Positions 19,980-29,601 of a stretch of DNA of 32,000 nucleotides are shown piece by piece. Source of the stretch: Prochlorococcus marinus subsp. pastoris str. CCMP1986 (lineage in GTDB: Bacteria; Cyanobacteriota; Cyanobacteriia; PCC-6307; Cyanobiaceae); NCBI RefSeq assembly GCF_000011465.1, contig NC_005072.1, positions 240,001 to 272,000 of the forward strand, written 5' to 3'. A program made the position numbers and the translations under genes. The notes under the pieces were generated by a model. That model did no database searches, had not been told where the DNA came from, and was given only the letters and a program-made list of their open reading frames with translations. Numbering within the stretch: the first letter of the stretch is position 1; each line of letters begins with the position of its first letter.

Positions 19980-20697
19980 ATAACATTGCAGTTTCGACTA
20001 GTACAACACTCGCACCGCAGGCATCTCCATTGAAGCCTCCAATTTTATTCCCAAGTATGTTTGGAATAGAATAACTTAAAAAAATACCAATTAAAATTAA
20101 AAATAAAAATTTAATTAATATAGCTTGGGATGTAATTGAAACAAATTGGTATGCGATGAAAATTAAAAGAAAAACGATGGAAATCAAAGATTCTTTTTTA
20201 AATCCATTCCAAAACTTTTTATGACTAATAGATTTTTTCTTGTAACTCATATATTTAAACTTTTCTATAAAAAATAAATTTGAAAATCTTCCCCAAAATA
20301 AGCATATTGGCAAAACAATAATTATTTGGTTTTGAATTTTGAGTATGCAAGCAATCTGAATTAAAGTTATAAAAAATAAAGATTGAACACCAAAGGATCC
20401 AACTTTACTGTCTTTCATGGCTTTTAAACGTTTCTTTTTACCCGCGAAAATGCCATCGAAAGTATCCATTAAACCATCGAGGTGTAGACCTCCTGTAATT
20501 AAATATCCTGAAGCTAAACAGATTAAAGTAGATGCATAAATAGACCAAGAGTTTACGCTTAGAAAAATAAAAATATAACTCTGTATTGTTCCAATAAAAA
20601 ATCCCAAAGGCGGCGCAAATTGTGCAATATTTTTAAATTCGGGATTAATTAAAGGTATCTTTGGAAATGTCGTATAGAAAATCCAAGATCCAGCCAA
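19957..20697 (-). CDS. cobS: Adenosylcobinamide-GDP ribazoletransferase (cobalamin synthase)
   Basis: GGLHLDGLMDTFDGIFAG, KDSKVGSFGV, NKIGGFNGDACGASVVLVETAML. Confidence 0.94.
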   Translation of the reverse strand: MAGSWIFYTTFPKIPLINPEFKNIAQFAPPLGFFIGTIQSYIFIFLSVNSWSIYASTLICLASGYLITGGLHLDGLMDTFDGIFAGKKKRLKAMKDSKVGSFGVQSLFFITLIQIACILKIQNQIIIVLPICLFWGRFSNLFFIEKFKYMSYKKKSISHKKFWNGFKKESLISIVFLLIFIAYQFVSITSQAILIKFLFLILIGIFLSYSIPNILGNKIGGFNGDACGASVVLVETAMLFMNAILL

Positions 20698-20795
20698 ATT
20701 TTTTATTAAATATTTTTTGATGAGATAAAAATAGATTCAATATTAAATAATAGGGTAGATTATTAAAAAAGGATCAAAAAATCTTATAAATTATC

Positions 20796-21914
20796 GTGTT
20801 TGAATTTGAAATTAAATCGAATTGTAGTAATACAGAGGCAAGAACTGGTATATTTCATACCCCAAATGGTCAGGTAAACACTCCAAGATTTATGCCTGTG
20901 GGTACTTTGGCAACGGTTAAAGGGATTTCATCTGAGCAGTTAATCTCTACAGGATCGGAAATGATTCTTTCGAATACCTTCCATCTTCATCTGCAACCTG
21001 GAGAAAAACTAGTTAAAGAATCTGGTGGAATTCATAAGTTTATGAATTGGGATAAGCCTATTCTTACTGATTCAGGTGGATATCAAGTTTTTAGTTTGGC
21101 CAAATTAAATAATATTTCTGATAAAGGTGTGGAATTTAGAAATCCAAGAGATGGTAGTCATGTATTTTTATCACCTGAAAAAGTAATGCAGATTCAAATG
21201 GATCTTGGTTCTGATGTTGCCATGGCTTTTGATCATTGTCCTCCGCACACAGCTAACGAAAATGATATTGAGGACTCTTTAGAAAGAACTCATTCATGGT
21301 TGCAAAAATGTGTTGAGACTCATCAGAAATCAAATCAAGCATTATTTGGAATAGTTCAAGGTGGTAAGTATCCAAGATTAAGAGAACATAGCGCAAAATT
21401 TACAAGTTCTTTTGATCTACCTGGAATAGCGGTAGGAGGTGTCAGTGTTGGAGAGGCAGTCGAAGAAATACACAGTGTAATTAATAACGTCCCGAAATTC
21501 TTACCAATAAATAAACCAAGATATTTAATGGGAATTGGCTCTCTAAGAGAAATTTCTTTAGCTGTTGCAAAAGGATTCGATATATTTGACTGTGTTTTGC
21601 CTACAAGACTGGGAAGACATGGGACTGCATTTTTTAATGATGAAAGATGGAATATACGTAATGCCCGCTTTAAAAATGATTTTTCTCCAATAGATAAAAC
21701 TTGTAAATGTGAAACTTGTAAATCGTACTCTCGTGCTTACTTACATCATTTGGTTAGAAATGATGAAATATTAGGTCTAACGCTTATAAGCCTACATAAT
21801 ATTTCTCATCTAATTCGATTTACAAATGCAATTTCTGCTGCAATTAAAGATAATTGTTTTACAATAGATTTCGCTCCATGGAAAAGATCCTCTATTGCTC
21901 ACCATACGTGGTAA
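20796..21914 (+). CDS. tgt: Queuine/preQ1 tRNA-ribosyltransferase
   Basis: [55 protein letters not shown], and the zinc site C-C-C..H. GTG start. Confidence 0.97.
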   Translation: MFEFEIKSNCSNTEARTGIFHTPNGQVNTPRFMPVGTLATVKGISSEQLISTGSEMILSNTFHLHLQPGEKLVKESGGIHKFMNWDKPILTDSGGYQVFSLAKLNNISDKGVEFRNPRDGSHVFLSPEKVMQIQMDLGSDVAMAFDHCPPHTANENDIEDSLERTHSWLQKCVETHQKSNQALFGIVQGGKYPRLREHSAKFTSSFDLPGIAVGGVSVGEAVEEIHSVINNVPKFLPINKPRYLMGIGSLREISLAVAKGFDIFDCVLPTRLGRHGTAFFNDERWNIRNARFKNDFSPIDKTCKCETCKSYSRAYLHHLVRNDEILGLTLISLHNISHLIRFTNAISAAIKDNCFTIDFAPWKRSSIAHHTW

Positions 21915-21947
21915 CGTCTTAACATAATTAATTAATTTATTAAGAAG

Positions 21948-22088
21948 GTGCTCACTCTTTTAAATACATTCGCTGAATTGCCTGAAGCATATAAGGCTTT
22001 CGCTCCAACCGTTGACGTTCTTCCTTTAATACCTTTATTTTTCTTTTTATTAGTTTTTGTTTGGCAAGCTGCAGTAGGGTTTAAATAA
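21948..22088 (+). CDS. psbK: Photosystem II reaction center protein PsbK
   Basis: Manual translation from the GTG gives [46 protein letters not shown], with the PsbK signature. AAGAAG lies just upstream and overlaps the GTG. Absent from the ORF track. Confidence 0.94.
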   Translation: MLTLLNTFAELPEAYKAFAPTVDVLPLIPLFFFLLVFVWQAAVGFK

Positions 22089-22102
22089 AATCTATTTATG
22101 AT

Positions 22103-23107
22103 TCAGAAGGGTATTTCAAGGGATATTGCATCACCAGAGTTTTCTACTGCACATTCAATAAAATCTGCAATTTTTAACGCTCTTGATGCTTGTTCTCCGT
22201 CCACTTCTGGTAACTCTTTACCTTGTACGCACTTAAGAAAATGTTCTAATTCTGCATATAAAGGTTCGATAGAGGTTGTGCTTACTTCTTCAACATAACC
22301 ATCATTTCGATAAACTAATTCTCCATGCTCTGCTGTATAGGATTCATGCGCTTTTCTATGGATTTGTAGAGAATGATTTAAGAAGTCTGTTTCAACTAGA
22401 CCATTTTGGCAATGTGCACTTAAATTCCTAATTTTTTTATGACTCATTTTGCTGGCAGTTAAGCTTGCAATAATATTATTCTTGAAAACCAAAGTAGCAT
22501 TTACATAATCTATTAAGCCATCACTATTTCTTCCTCCGACGGCGGCTAATTTCTGTATCTTTGAATTAACTAATTCAAGCACTAGATCAATATCATGAAT
22601 CATTAAATCCATAACTACTGACACATCATTTGCTCTGTCAGCATGAGGACTGTGCCTTCTTGCTTCTAAAACAACAATATCTTCATTTTGAATTATTTTA
22701 TTTAACTCCCTAAAAGCAGGGTTAAATCTTTCAATATGTCCAACTTGTAGAAGACAGTTATTAATTTTAGAGGCATTTATTAAAGATTTAGCCTCTAGCT
22801 CAGTAGCTGCAATAGGTTTTTCAATAAGAACATTAACACCTGCCTTAAGACAATCTAGGCCTACTTTGTGATGGAGAAGTGTAGGGACAGCAATACAAAT
22901 TGCATCCACTTTAGAAATAAGATCATGATAATCTTTAAACCACTCACATTGAAATTGCTCTACTGCTAATTTACCTCTGCTTTCGTCTGGATCGGCAACT
23001 CCAACTAAATCTGCATCTCTTAGCAAACTAAGCACTCGAGCATGATGCCATCCCATATTTCCTATACCGATTACTCCAACCTTTACTGAGGATGAGGTTG
23101 GTTTCAT
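22103..23107 (-). CDS. Gfo/Idh/MocA family NAD(P)-dependent oxidoreductase
   Basis: VGVIGIGNMGWHHARVLSLL (Rossmann motif), VEKPIAAT, HDIDLVLEL. Confidence 0.9.
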   Translation of the reverse strand: MKPTSSSVKVGVIGIGNMGWHHARVLSLLRDADLVGVADPDESRGKLAVEQFQCEWFKDYHDLISKVDAICIAVPTLLHHKVGLDCLKAGVNVLIEKPIAATELEAKSLINASKINNCLLQVGHIERFNPAFRELNKIIQNEDIVVLEARRHSPHADRANDVSVVMDLMIHDIDLVLELVNSKIQKLAAVGGRNSDGLIDYVNATLVFKNNIIASLTASKMSHKKIRNLSAHCQNGLVETDFLNHSLQIHRKAHESYTAEHGELVYRNDGYVEEVSTTSIEPLYAELEHFLKCVQGKELPEVDGEQASRALKIADFIECAVENSGDAISLEIPF

Positions 23108-23157
23108 ATCTAATAGTCCATGTATATTTAGTTATTATCCTTCATTGGATGTCAATT

Positions 23158-24426
23158 TTAACTTTTTGGTAGAAATATTTTTACACGATCTATTTTGGGA
23201 CCTGACATTGAAATTATTTCAAATTTAATATTTTTAAATTCTAAACTATCTCCGATTTTTGGGACCATTTGAAATTTTTCAAGAAGAAATCCAGCGAGTG
23301 TATGATAATCAGCTCCTTCTGGAAGAAAACATCCCAACTTTTTGTTGATTTCTATTATTTCTGCTTTACCAGCAATTGACCACTTCTTAGAGAAATTATC
23401 CAACATTTTCATATCAGAATATACTCTGGTGTTTAGCATTTCTTCCCCAACAATTTCGCCAGTAAGATCAGCTGCAGTGATAAGTCCCTCAGTCCCACCA
23501 TGTTCATCAACAACCAGTAAAAATGGATTATAATCTCTAACGATAGGTAATATTTCTGCTAGTGAGCATGTCTCTATTACTTTTGTTACTGGCAAAAGGA
23601 AAGGCTCTAATAATGTATTTGCTCCCATTTCGCTTTTAGAAATTGGTTTTGCTAAGTAACGTAAATCTAAAACTCCTAAAACATCATCAAGAGACTCACC
23701 AATTACAAAAAAACGAGCATGCCTTGTTTTATCAACCTGTTTCATAAGTTCAGCAAACGTAATATTTTTTGGCAAAGTTACCATCTCAGATCTTGGAATC
23801 ATTACTTCTTTGACTTGAGTATCTTTTAAAGCAAAAACACCTTCTAAGATGTTTTTCTCATCAGGCTTTAATCCCGTGACATTATCTGTTTCTATTAATG
23901 TTTCTAATTCACCTGCCGATAATACTGAATTTAATGAATCCCATTTGTTGTTTAGATTAAATAACCTTAAACAAGCACTTGCAAAAAATTCAATTACAGA
24001 GACAATAGGTTGCATTCCTTTTCGAACTGCATCAAAAATTGTAGTTAATCTCAAAGCGGCTGACTCTGGATTATTAATTACTAATGCTTTAGGAATAAGA
24101 CCTGATATGAGGGTGACTATAAGTACAATAAATAAAAATAATAAGAGATCATATATTCGATTTGAAAATTTATTTACGTTCCAAAAATCATTAGCCAAAC
24201 CTTTACTTAACCAACCAACAGCTACAAGAGAAATTGTCACACCAAATTGAGATGCTATTAAAGAAGATCTGAATCTTTTTTGAATTTTTAAAATGGAAAA
24301 TGCTCCTTTTCTTTTCTCTTCTATCAGTCTTAAAACTTTACTTGGCCTTATTAATAAAAACGAAAGTTCACTCGCAGCAAAAAAAGCTGGAAATATCAAA
24401 AGTAAAAATAGTAAAGTTATTTTCAT
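23158..24426 (-). CDS. HlyC/CorC-family (CNNM-CBS) membrane transporter or hemolysin-like protein
   Basis: N-terminal membrane domain (FFAASELSFL), then CBS-pair motifs VKEVMIPRSEMVTLPKN, VIGESLDDVLGVLDLR, VVDEHGGTEGLITAADLTGEIVGE, and a C-terminal CorC-like domain. Confidence 0.9.
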   Translation of the reverse strand: MKITLLFLLLIFPAFFAASELSFLLIRPSKVLRLIEEKRKGAFSILKIQKRFRSSLIASQFGVTISLVAVGWLSKGLANDFWNVNKFSNRIYDLLLFLFIVLIVTLISGLIPKALVINNPESAALRLTTIFDAVRKGMQPIVSVIEFFASACLRLFNLNNKWDSLNSVLSAGELETLIETDNVTGLKPDEKNILEGVFALKDTQVKEVMIPRSEMVTLPKNITFAELMKQVDKTRHARFFVIGESLDDVLGVLDLRYLAKPISKSEMGANTLLEPFLLPVTKVIETCSLAEILPIVRDYNPFLLVVDEHGGTEGLITAADLTGEIVGEEMLNTRVYSDMKMLDNFSKKWSIAGKAEIIEINKKLGCFLPEGADYHTLAGFLLEKFQMVPKIGDSLEFKNIKFEIISMSGPKIDRVKIFLPKS

Positions 24427-24444
24427 TCAATAACAAATTAGTGA

Positions 24445-24517
24445 TGGGGGTGGCGAGGATCGAACTCGCCTAAGCCAAATTATGAGTTTGGTGCATTCAC
24501 CAGATTGCTACACCCCC
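24445..24517 (-). tRNA. tRNA with CAT anticodon, most likely elongator tRNA-Met
   Basis: The reverse complement GGGGGTGTAGCAATCTGGTGAATGCACCAAACTCATAATTTGGCTTAGGCGAGTTCGATCCTCGCCACCCCCA folds well. The acceptor stem is GGGGGTG/CACCCCC, the anticodon stem CCAAA/TTTGG and the loop CTCATAA. The paired G1-C72 argues against initiator; tRNA-Ile2(CAU) cannot be excluded by eye. Confidence 0.85.
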
Positions 24518-24657
24518 AGATTTTCTGCAGTAATGATTAATTACATTCGATTTACATACAATATAAAAATAATATTTCAAAAAGCACCAACTTAGTAAGT
24601 TTTTGTGAGATTTCTTTTTTTTCTCCTAATCTTGAAATATAAGCTTAACCTCTATTA

Positions 24658-25218
24658 ATGAACAATTTCTCGCAGAAGAATAAATTAAATAAGGAGAATT
24701 TGTTAAAACTTTTAATTGAAAAGTCTTATAAGAAAGGAAACTTTACTTTGGCATCTGGCAAAAAAAGTGCTCATTATCTAAATTGTAAACCTGTATCTTT
24801 AAATGGCACAGGGTTGAAATTAATTAGCAATTTGTTTTTGGAGTTAATGGATCCAAGTTCAAAAGCTGTGGCTGGGTTGACTTTAGGAGCCGATCCTTTA
24901 GTTAGTGGTTTAATCGTAACAGCTGCTTCTCAAGGGTTATTAATAGATGCTTTAATCATCAGAAAAGAAATAAAAGAATATGGAACAAAGGCTGGGTTAG
25001 AGGGGCCTATATTAAAAGAAGGAACTGAAGTAACTGTCTTAGAAGATGTTGTGACTACTGCTGGATCAGCTATTAAAGCAATTAATAAGTTACGCGAAAA
25101 TAATCTTTTAGTTAAAGAAGTTTTGTCTATTGTCGATAGAAGAGAAGGAGGATATGAGGCCTTGAAAGAACAAAATATACAATTAAAAAGCTTATTTTCA
25201 ATAGAAGACTTTCTATAA
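24658..25218 (+). CDS. pyrE: Orotate phosphoribosyltransferase
   Basis: [35 protein letters not shown], and the PRPP-binding [18 protein letters not shown]. Confidence 0.95.
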   Translation: MNNFSQKNKLNKENLLKLLIEKSYKKGNFTLASGKKSAHYLNCKPVSLNGTGLKLISNLFLELMDPSSKAVAGLTLGADPLVSGLIVTAASQGLLIDALIIRKEIKEYGTKAGLEGPILKEGTEVTVLEDVVTTAGSAIKAINKLRENNLLVKEVLSIVDRREGGYEALKEQNIQLKSLFSIEDFL

Positions 25219-25221
25219 ATA

Positions 25222-26070
25222 ATGTCAAAAATTAAAGAAAATAAAGAACAATTTTGGCTTGAAAAATTTGATTGCTTTTCTGTTACTGGAAAAGATAGTA
25301 AAAGATTCTTAAATGGAATAACTACAGGAAATATTGTTGATTTAAATAACAAGGTTTTAAAATCTTGCTGGTTATCCCCAAATGGAATTTTAAAGTCATT
25401 ACTTGAAATTAATTGCTCAGAAAAAGAATTAAAAGTAATTGTCTTAGTAGGAAATACTAGTGAGATTAGAAAATACTTTAATGACATTATTTTTCCGTCT
25501 GACGATGTTTCATTAAGTGATTCTTTTTCAATAAATAGACTTCAGCAAGTTGATGATATGAATTCTTGGAGAATCACTCAACCTATTTTTTTAAAAAATG
25601 AAGATAAAAAATATGATTTTTATAAAAATAATCCAAATTCAATGAATACTAATGACTTGCAATTGTGGAAGATTAATCAGGCTATACCATCTTTAAATAG
25701 TGAAATTAATGGAAAAAATAATCCACTTGAATTAGGATTAACAGATCTTATAGACTTCAATAAAGGTTGTTATTTGGGTCAAGAAACAATGTCAAAAATC
25801 AAGAATGTTTCTTCTTTAAAGCAGGAGATCAGAGTATGGACGGCTAAAGATAAAGATGTGAATTTAGAATCTGTGAATAAAATTCTTTTTAATAATCAGA
25901 ATAAAGAAAAATCGGTTGGTTATATTACCAGCATTTATGTATTAGAGTCTCGAATAATAAAAGGCCTAGCAATGATAAAGAGAAAATATTTAGATAAGGG
26001 AAATCCATTTTTCTCTGATAATTTTGGCCAAATTTCATTAGAGAAATCTGTAGGTTCAACTTTTCTTTAA
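25222..26070 (+). CDS. ygfZ: YgfZ/GcvT-domain folate-binding protein (Fe-S cluster maintenance-like)
   Basis: KRFLNGITTGNIVDL and the hallmark KGCYLGQETMSKI (YgfZ K-G-C-Y-x-G-Q-E). Confidence 0.88.
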   Translation: MSKIKENKEQFWLEKFDCFSVTGKDSKRFLNGITTGNIVDLNNKVLKSCWLSPNGILKSLLEINCSEKELKVIVLVGNTSEIRKYFNDIIFPSDDVSLSDSFSINRLQQVDDMNSWRITQPIFLKNEDKKYDFYKNNPNSMNTNDLQLWKINQAIPSLNSEINGKNNPLELGLTDLIDFNKGCYLGQETMSKIKNVSSLKQEIRVWTAKDKDVNLESVNKILFNNQNKEKSVGYITSIYVLESRIIKGLAMIKRKYLDKGNPFFSDNFGQISLEKSVGSTFL

Positions 26071-26078
26071 TTAACCTT

Positions 26079-27497
26079 TTAATGTTTTTTGATTAACCAC
26101 TTCGCGATTTGAAGTGTAGCCAAACAGTCATCTCGATTATATTTAATTATTTTTTTTAGGAAAATATCATTTAAGGTGCTTTTATATTGTATCCACCAAT
26201 ATAAAGCTTTTGATCCACTTACATTTTCTTGCTCCCATTTGAATCCAATCCAATTAGCAACTGTTTTTAAACTATAGTTTCTAATAGGTAATATCCACGA
26301 TCCTCTTACAATTAAGTGTAAGTCTATAAATCTGGAATTTAGGATTTCAATTTCTTTTAAATCGAGATCTGATTGCCTAGCTAAATTTAAAATTGCAATT
26401 TTCTCAGTCTCTCCATAATGTAAAACTGGCCAGTATTTTTGAGAAAAAAGTTTTTGAATAATTTCTTGATTAGATTTTTTAGTATTGTTTTTAAGGTTTA
26501 ATATTGGATCATAAAAATCATCTTCAATATTTTCAAACAAACTATTTACTTTTAAAAATCCATATAAAAAATCATGTTTATCATCTGGATTTGACTCAAT
26601 ATCAAAAATAAAGAATCCCGAATCTTTATTTTTTAAAAGATAAGATAAGTTTTTATTTTCCAAAATTCGAATTGGTATTCCTGATAAATATGCTTTTGAT
26701 TGCTTTATAAACTTTGAAGCTTTTTCAAATCTTTGCTCCTTAAATTGAAAAAGTTTTTTTCCTAAATCGATTTTCTTGGTAGCAGCTAGTTCTTTAATAT
26801 TAGATATCCCATTTTTTTGGAGAAACAAGGCTGTTTTAGAACCAATACCATCTATATCAGTTAGATATCCATTATCTTTTGCTTCTGTATCGCAAAACTT
26901 TTGCCATGAACATATCGTACATTTTTTCCTGTCTTCAGTAATATCTGGAATAGATCTTTTTAGATATTCATTTAAATTTAAAAAGGTATGTATTACTTTT
27001 TTTCTTAAGCGTGGATTTAAATCAATTTTTTCAATATTAATTCGATTTGAAAAATTTGAAATTACCAATCCTTTTTCAATTTTTGCTTCTTGAAAGGGTT
27101 CTAATAACATCGAAGAAAAAGCTAAATCGAATAGATGCTCTTTTGTTGTTCTATGGCCTAACTTATATACAACAGGTATATATTTATATTCGCCCCATTT
27201 GCTATGACCACCTACTTTTTTAAGTAATTGAGGTTGCATTTCTGTATTTATATTATTGATTACTTTAGATCTTGCCTTTAATCCGATTACTCCACTTGAA
27301 CCCCTCTTACAGGCTTTTTCCCCAGAATATAAATCTCCATCACTTAGTTTGTAAAAGGTTTTGTATCGTTTAATTATTTCTATAGATTGATGTGGTGACC
27401 AAATTCTTTGAGACTTATTGCCCTGATAATCGAGCCAAGCTTTTCTTTTGCATCTTATAAAACTTTTTAAATAAAGATTATTCAAATTTTTTTGCAA
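26079..27497 (-). CDS. TM0106-family RecB-like putative nuclease (Fe-S N-terminal domain, HhH-like segment, C-terminal RNase_H_2/DEDD domain)
   Basis: N-terminal SFIRCKRKAWLDY plus CTICSWQKFC (CxxC-x5-C). HhH-like LTDIDGIGSKTALFLQKNGI. C-terminal FIFDIESNPD, VLHYGETEKIAI, SLKTVANWIGF, IKYNRDDCLATLQIAKWL. Confidence 0.82.
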   Translation of the reverse strand: MQKNLNNLYLKSFIRCKRKAWLDYQGNKSQRIWSPHQSIEIIKRYKTFYKLSDGDLYSGEKACKRGSSGVIGLKARSKVINNINTEMQPQLLKKVGGHSKWGEYKYIPVVYKLGHRTTKEHLFDLAFSSMLLEPFQEAKIEKGLVISNFSNRINIEKIDLNPRLRKKVIHTFLNLNEYLKRSIPDITEDRKKCTICSWQKFCDTEAKDNGYLTDIDGIGSKTALFLQKNGISNIKELAATKKIDLGKKLFQFKEQRFEKASKFIKQSKAYLSGIPIRILENKNLSYLLKNKDSGFFIFDIESNPDDKHDFLYGFLKVNSLFENIEDDFYDPILNLKNNTKKSNQEIIQKLFSQKYWPVLHYGETEKIAILNLARQSDLDLKEIEILNSRFIDLHLIVRGSWILPIRNYSLKTVANWIGFKWEQENVSGSKALYWWIQYKSTLNDIFLKKIIKYNRDDCLATLQIAKWLIKKH

Positions 27498-27566
27498 AGG
27501 CAGTTTAAATTTTTACTTATATAAATTAATATAGATAATTATTGGAAATTAAGGAACTATTTTACT

Positions 27567-29027
27567 TTGTCTTCAAATGAACTAGATGAAATAAAATTCG
27601 GAACTGATGGCTGGCGAGGAATAATTGGTTTTGATTTCAATCTATCAAATCTCTCAAGAGTTGTAGTCGCTTCTTGTCAGGAATTATATTATCAATACTT
27701 CGAAGAAACAAATTCTAAAAAAATTCTTATAGGGTACGATCGTAGATTTATGGCAAATGAGTTCGCAAAAGAGATAGCATCTTTTGTTAAAGGGTGTGGT
27801 TTTGAACCCATTCTTTCTACTAGTTATGTGCCCACCCCTTCCTGCAGCTTATACGCCAAAAAATTTATGTTTTTAGGTTGTTTAGTTATTACTGCAAGTC
27901 ATAATCCTTATAATTGGCTGGGTTTAAAGATTAAAAGTTTTAAAGGATGTTCTGTGGATGAATCTTTTACAAAGGAAGTTGAAAAAAGGTTACTTCTGGG
28001 AAACTCAATTGAAAGATTGGAAGGTGCATATGAAAAAGTTGATATTAAGAAGTTTCATTTAGATCAAATTAAATCTAATTTTAATATTGATTTTATTGCT
28101 AATAATTTAAAGAAAATGAATTTGCATATTTTTGTTGACTCTATGCATGGTTCAGCAGCCAATTGCCTTAGTCAGATCTTTGAAGGTTATGATTCAAAAA
28201 TTTTTACTGAAATTAGAGCAGATTATGATCCTTTATTTGGAGGAAATCCTCCAGAGCCACTGCTAAAATATTTAGATAATTTAACTAAAACATTAACAAA
28301 AACTTCTAAAAATGGTATTAAAACGCTAGGCATAATTTTTGATGGGGATGGCGATAGGATTGCTGTAATTGATGAAAAAGGAAGATTTTGTAGTACTCAA
28401 GTTTTATTACCTTTCTTTATTAGTTATTTGGGAGAAAAGAATAAGAATTTATATCCAGTACTTAAAACTGTTAGTGGTTCAGACATAATTAGTAATATCG
28501 CAAAAAATCAAGATAGAGAGGTTTTCGAACTACCGGTTGGTTTTAAATATATCGCAAAAAAAATGATTAAAGAAAAAATATTTATTGGAGGAGAGGAATC
28601 AGGAGGGGTAGGTTTTGGAGACTTTATGCCGGAGAGAGATGCTTTATATGCAGCTATGATTTTACTAAATGGAATCGCAGAAAAATCAAAATATTTATAT
28701 GAAACTTTAGATCAAATTCAAGAAAATTTTGGTCCAAGTTTTTATAGAAGAATTGATGTTAAATTTCCAAATCAATCAGAAAAAGAAATTCTTGAAAAAT
28801 ATATTAAAAATAATATTCCTTCAAAAATATGTGGCTATAGTATAAAAAGTGTATCAAATATCGACGGCATAAAATTGAGAATGGATAATAATTTTTGGCT
28901 ATTATTTAGGTTCTCAGGAACAGAGCCTCTTTTAAGATTGTATTGTGAGGCAAAATCTGAAAATGATTTAAATGAGGTTTTGGAATGGAGTCAAAAATAC
29001 ATAAATAAAGTAAAAAATATAAAATGA
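27567..29027 (+). CDS. Phosphoglucomutase/phosphomannomutase family protein
   Basis: KFGTDGWRGIIG, active-site TASHNPYNWLGLKIK, metal loop FDGDGDRIAV, GGEESGGVGFG, FRFSGTEPLLRLYCEA. Confidence 0.94.
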   Translation: MSSNELDEIKFGTDGWRGIIGFDFNLSNLSRVVVASCQELYYQYFEETNSKKILIGYDRRFMANEFAKEIASFVKGCGFEPILSTSYVPTPSCSLYAKKFMFLGCLVITASHNPYNWLGLKIKSFKGCSVDESFTKEVEKRLLLGNSIERLEGAYEKVDIKKFHLDQIKSNFNIDFIANNLKKMNLHIFVDSMHGSAANCLSQIFEGYDSKIFTEIRADYDPLFGGNPPEPLLKYLDNLTKTLTKTSKNGIKTLGIIFDGDGDRIAVIDEKGRFCSTQVLLPFFISYLGEKNKNLYPVLKTVSGSDIISNIAKNQDREVFELPVGFKYIAKKMIKEKIFIGGEESGGVGFGDFMPERDALYAAMILLNGIAEKSKYLYETLDQIQENFGPSFYRRIDVKFPNQSEKEILEKYIKNNIPSKICGYSIKSVSNIDGIKLRMDNNFWLLFRFSGTEPLLRLYCEAKSENDLNEVLEWSQKYINKVKNIK

Positions 29028-29599
29028 AAAAATTATATTTAGCAAGCAAAAACCAAGGTAAAATTGAAGAATATAAAAAATTACTATTAAATGTAAATTG
29101 CCAATTATTGCTTCAACCAGAATCAATAGAAGTTGAGGAGAATGGGATAACATTTAGGGAGAATGCAATCAAAAAAGCAAGTGAAGTTTCTAAAAAAACG
29201 AGGAATTATGCTATTGCAGATGATTCAGGAATATGTATTGATGCTTTGGACGGTAGGCCAGGAATTTACTCATCAAGATATGCAGAAAATGATCAAAAAA
29301 GAATAGAAAGAGTTTTACATGAACTTGATGGAGAAAAAAATAGAGGTGCTTTCTTTATTGCAAATGTTTGTGTTTGTTCTCCTTCTAGAGATGTGATATT
29401 AGAATCAGAGGCTAAATGTTTTGGAAACATTATTCTAAGCCCTAGAGGAAAAGGGGGTTTTGGGTATGACCCAATTTTCGAGGAGAGATCTACCAGATTA
29501 ACTTTCGCAGAAATGAATAATGTTATTAAAGACTCTTGTAGTCATAGAGGTAGAGCACTAAAAAAAATTATTCCAGGCTTGCTTGAAATTTTTTCTTGA
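29024..29599 (+). CDS. rdgB: RdgB/HAM1 family non-canonical purine NTP pyrophosphatase
   Basis: LASKNQGKIEEYKKLL, ADDSGICIDALDGRPGIYSSRY, GKGGFGYDPIF, HRGRALKK. Confidence 0.94.
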   Translation: MKKLYLASKNQGKIEEYKKLLLNVNCQLLLQPESIEVEENGITFRENAIKKASEVSKKTRNYAIADDSGICIDALDGRPGIYSSRYAENDQKRIERVLHELDGEKNRGAFFIANVCVCSPSRDVILESEAKCFGNIILSPRGKGGFGYDPIFEERSTRLTFAEMNNVIKDSCSHRGRALKKIIPGLLEIFS

Positions 29600-29601
29600 C
29601 T

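Noticed and set aside
23849-24250. Plus-strand 133-aa ORF (plus 23342..23533)
   Set aside because: Shadow ORFs opposite the CNNM/CBS protein gene.
24930-25487. Minus-strand 185-aa ORF spanning the pyrE/ygfZ junction
   Set aside because: Opposite two well-supported genes, low-complexity Ser/Leu-rich composition, no motifs.
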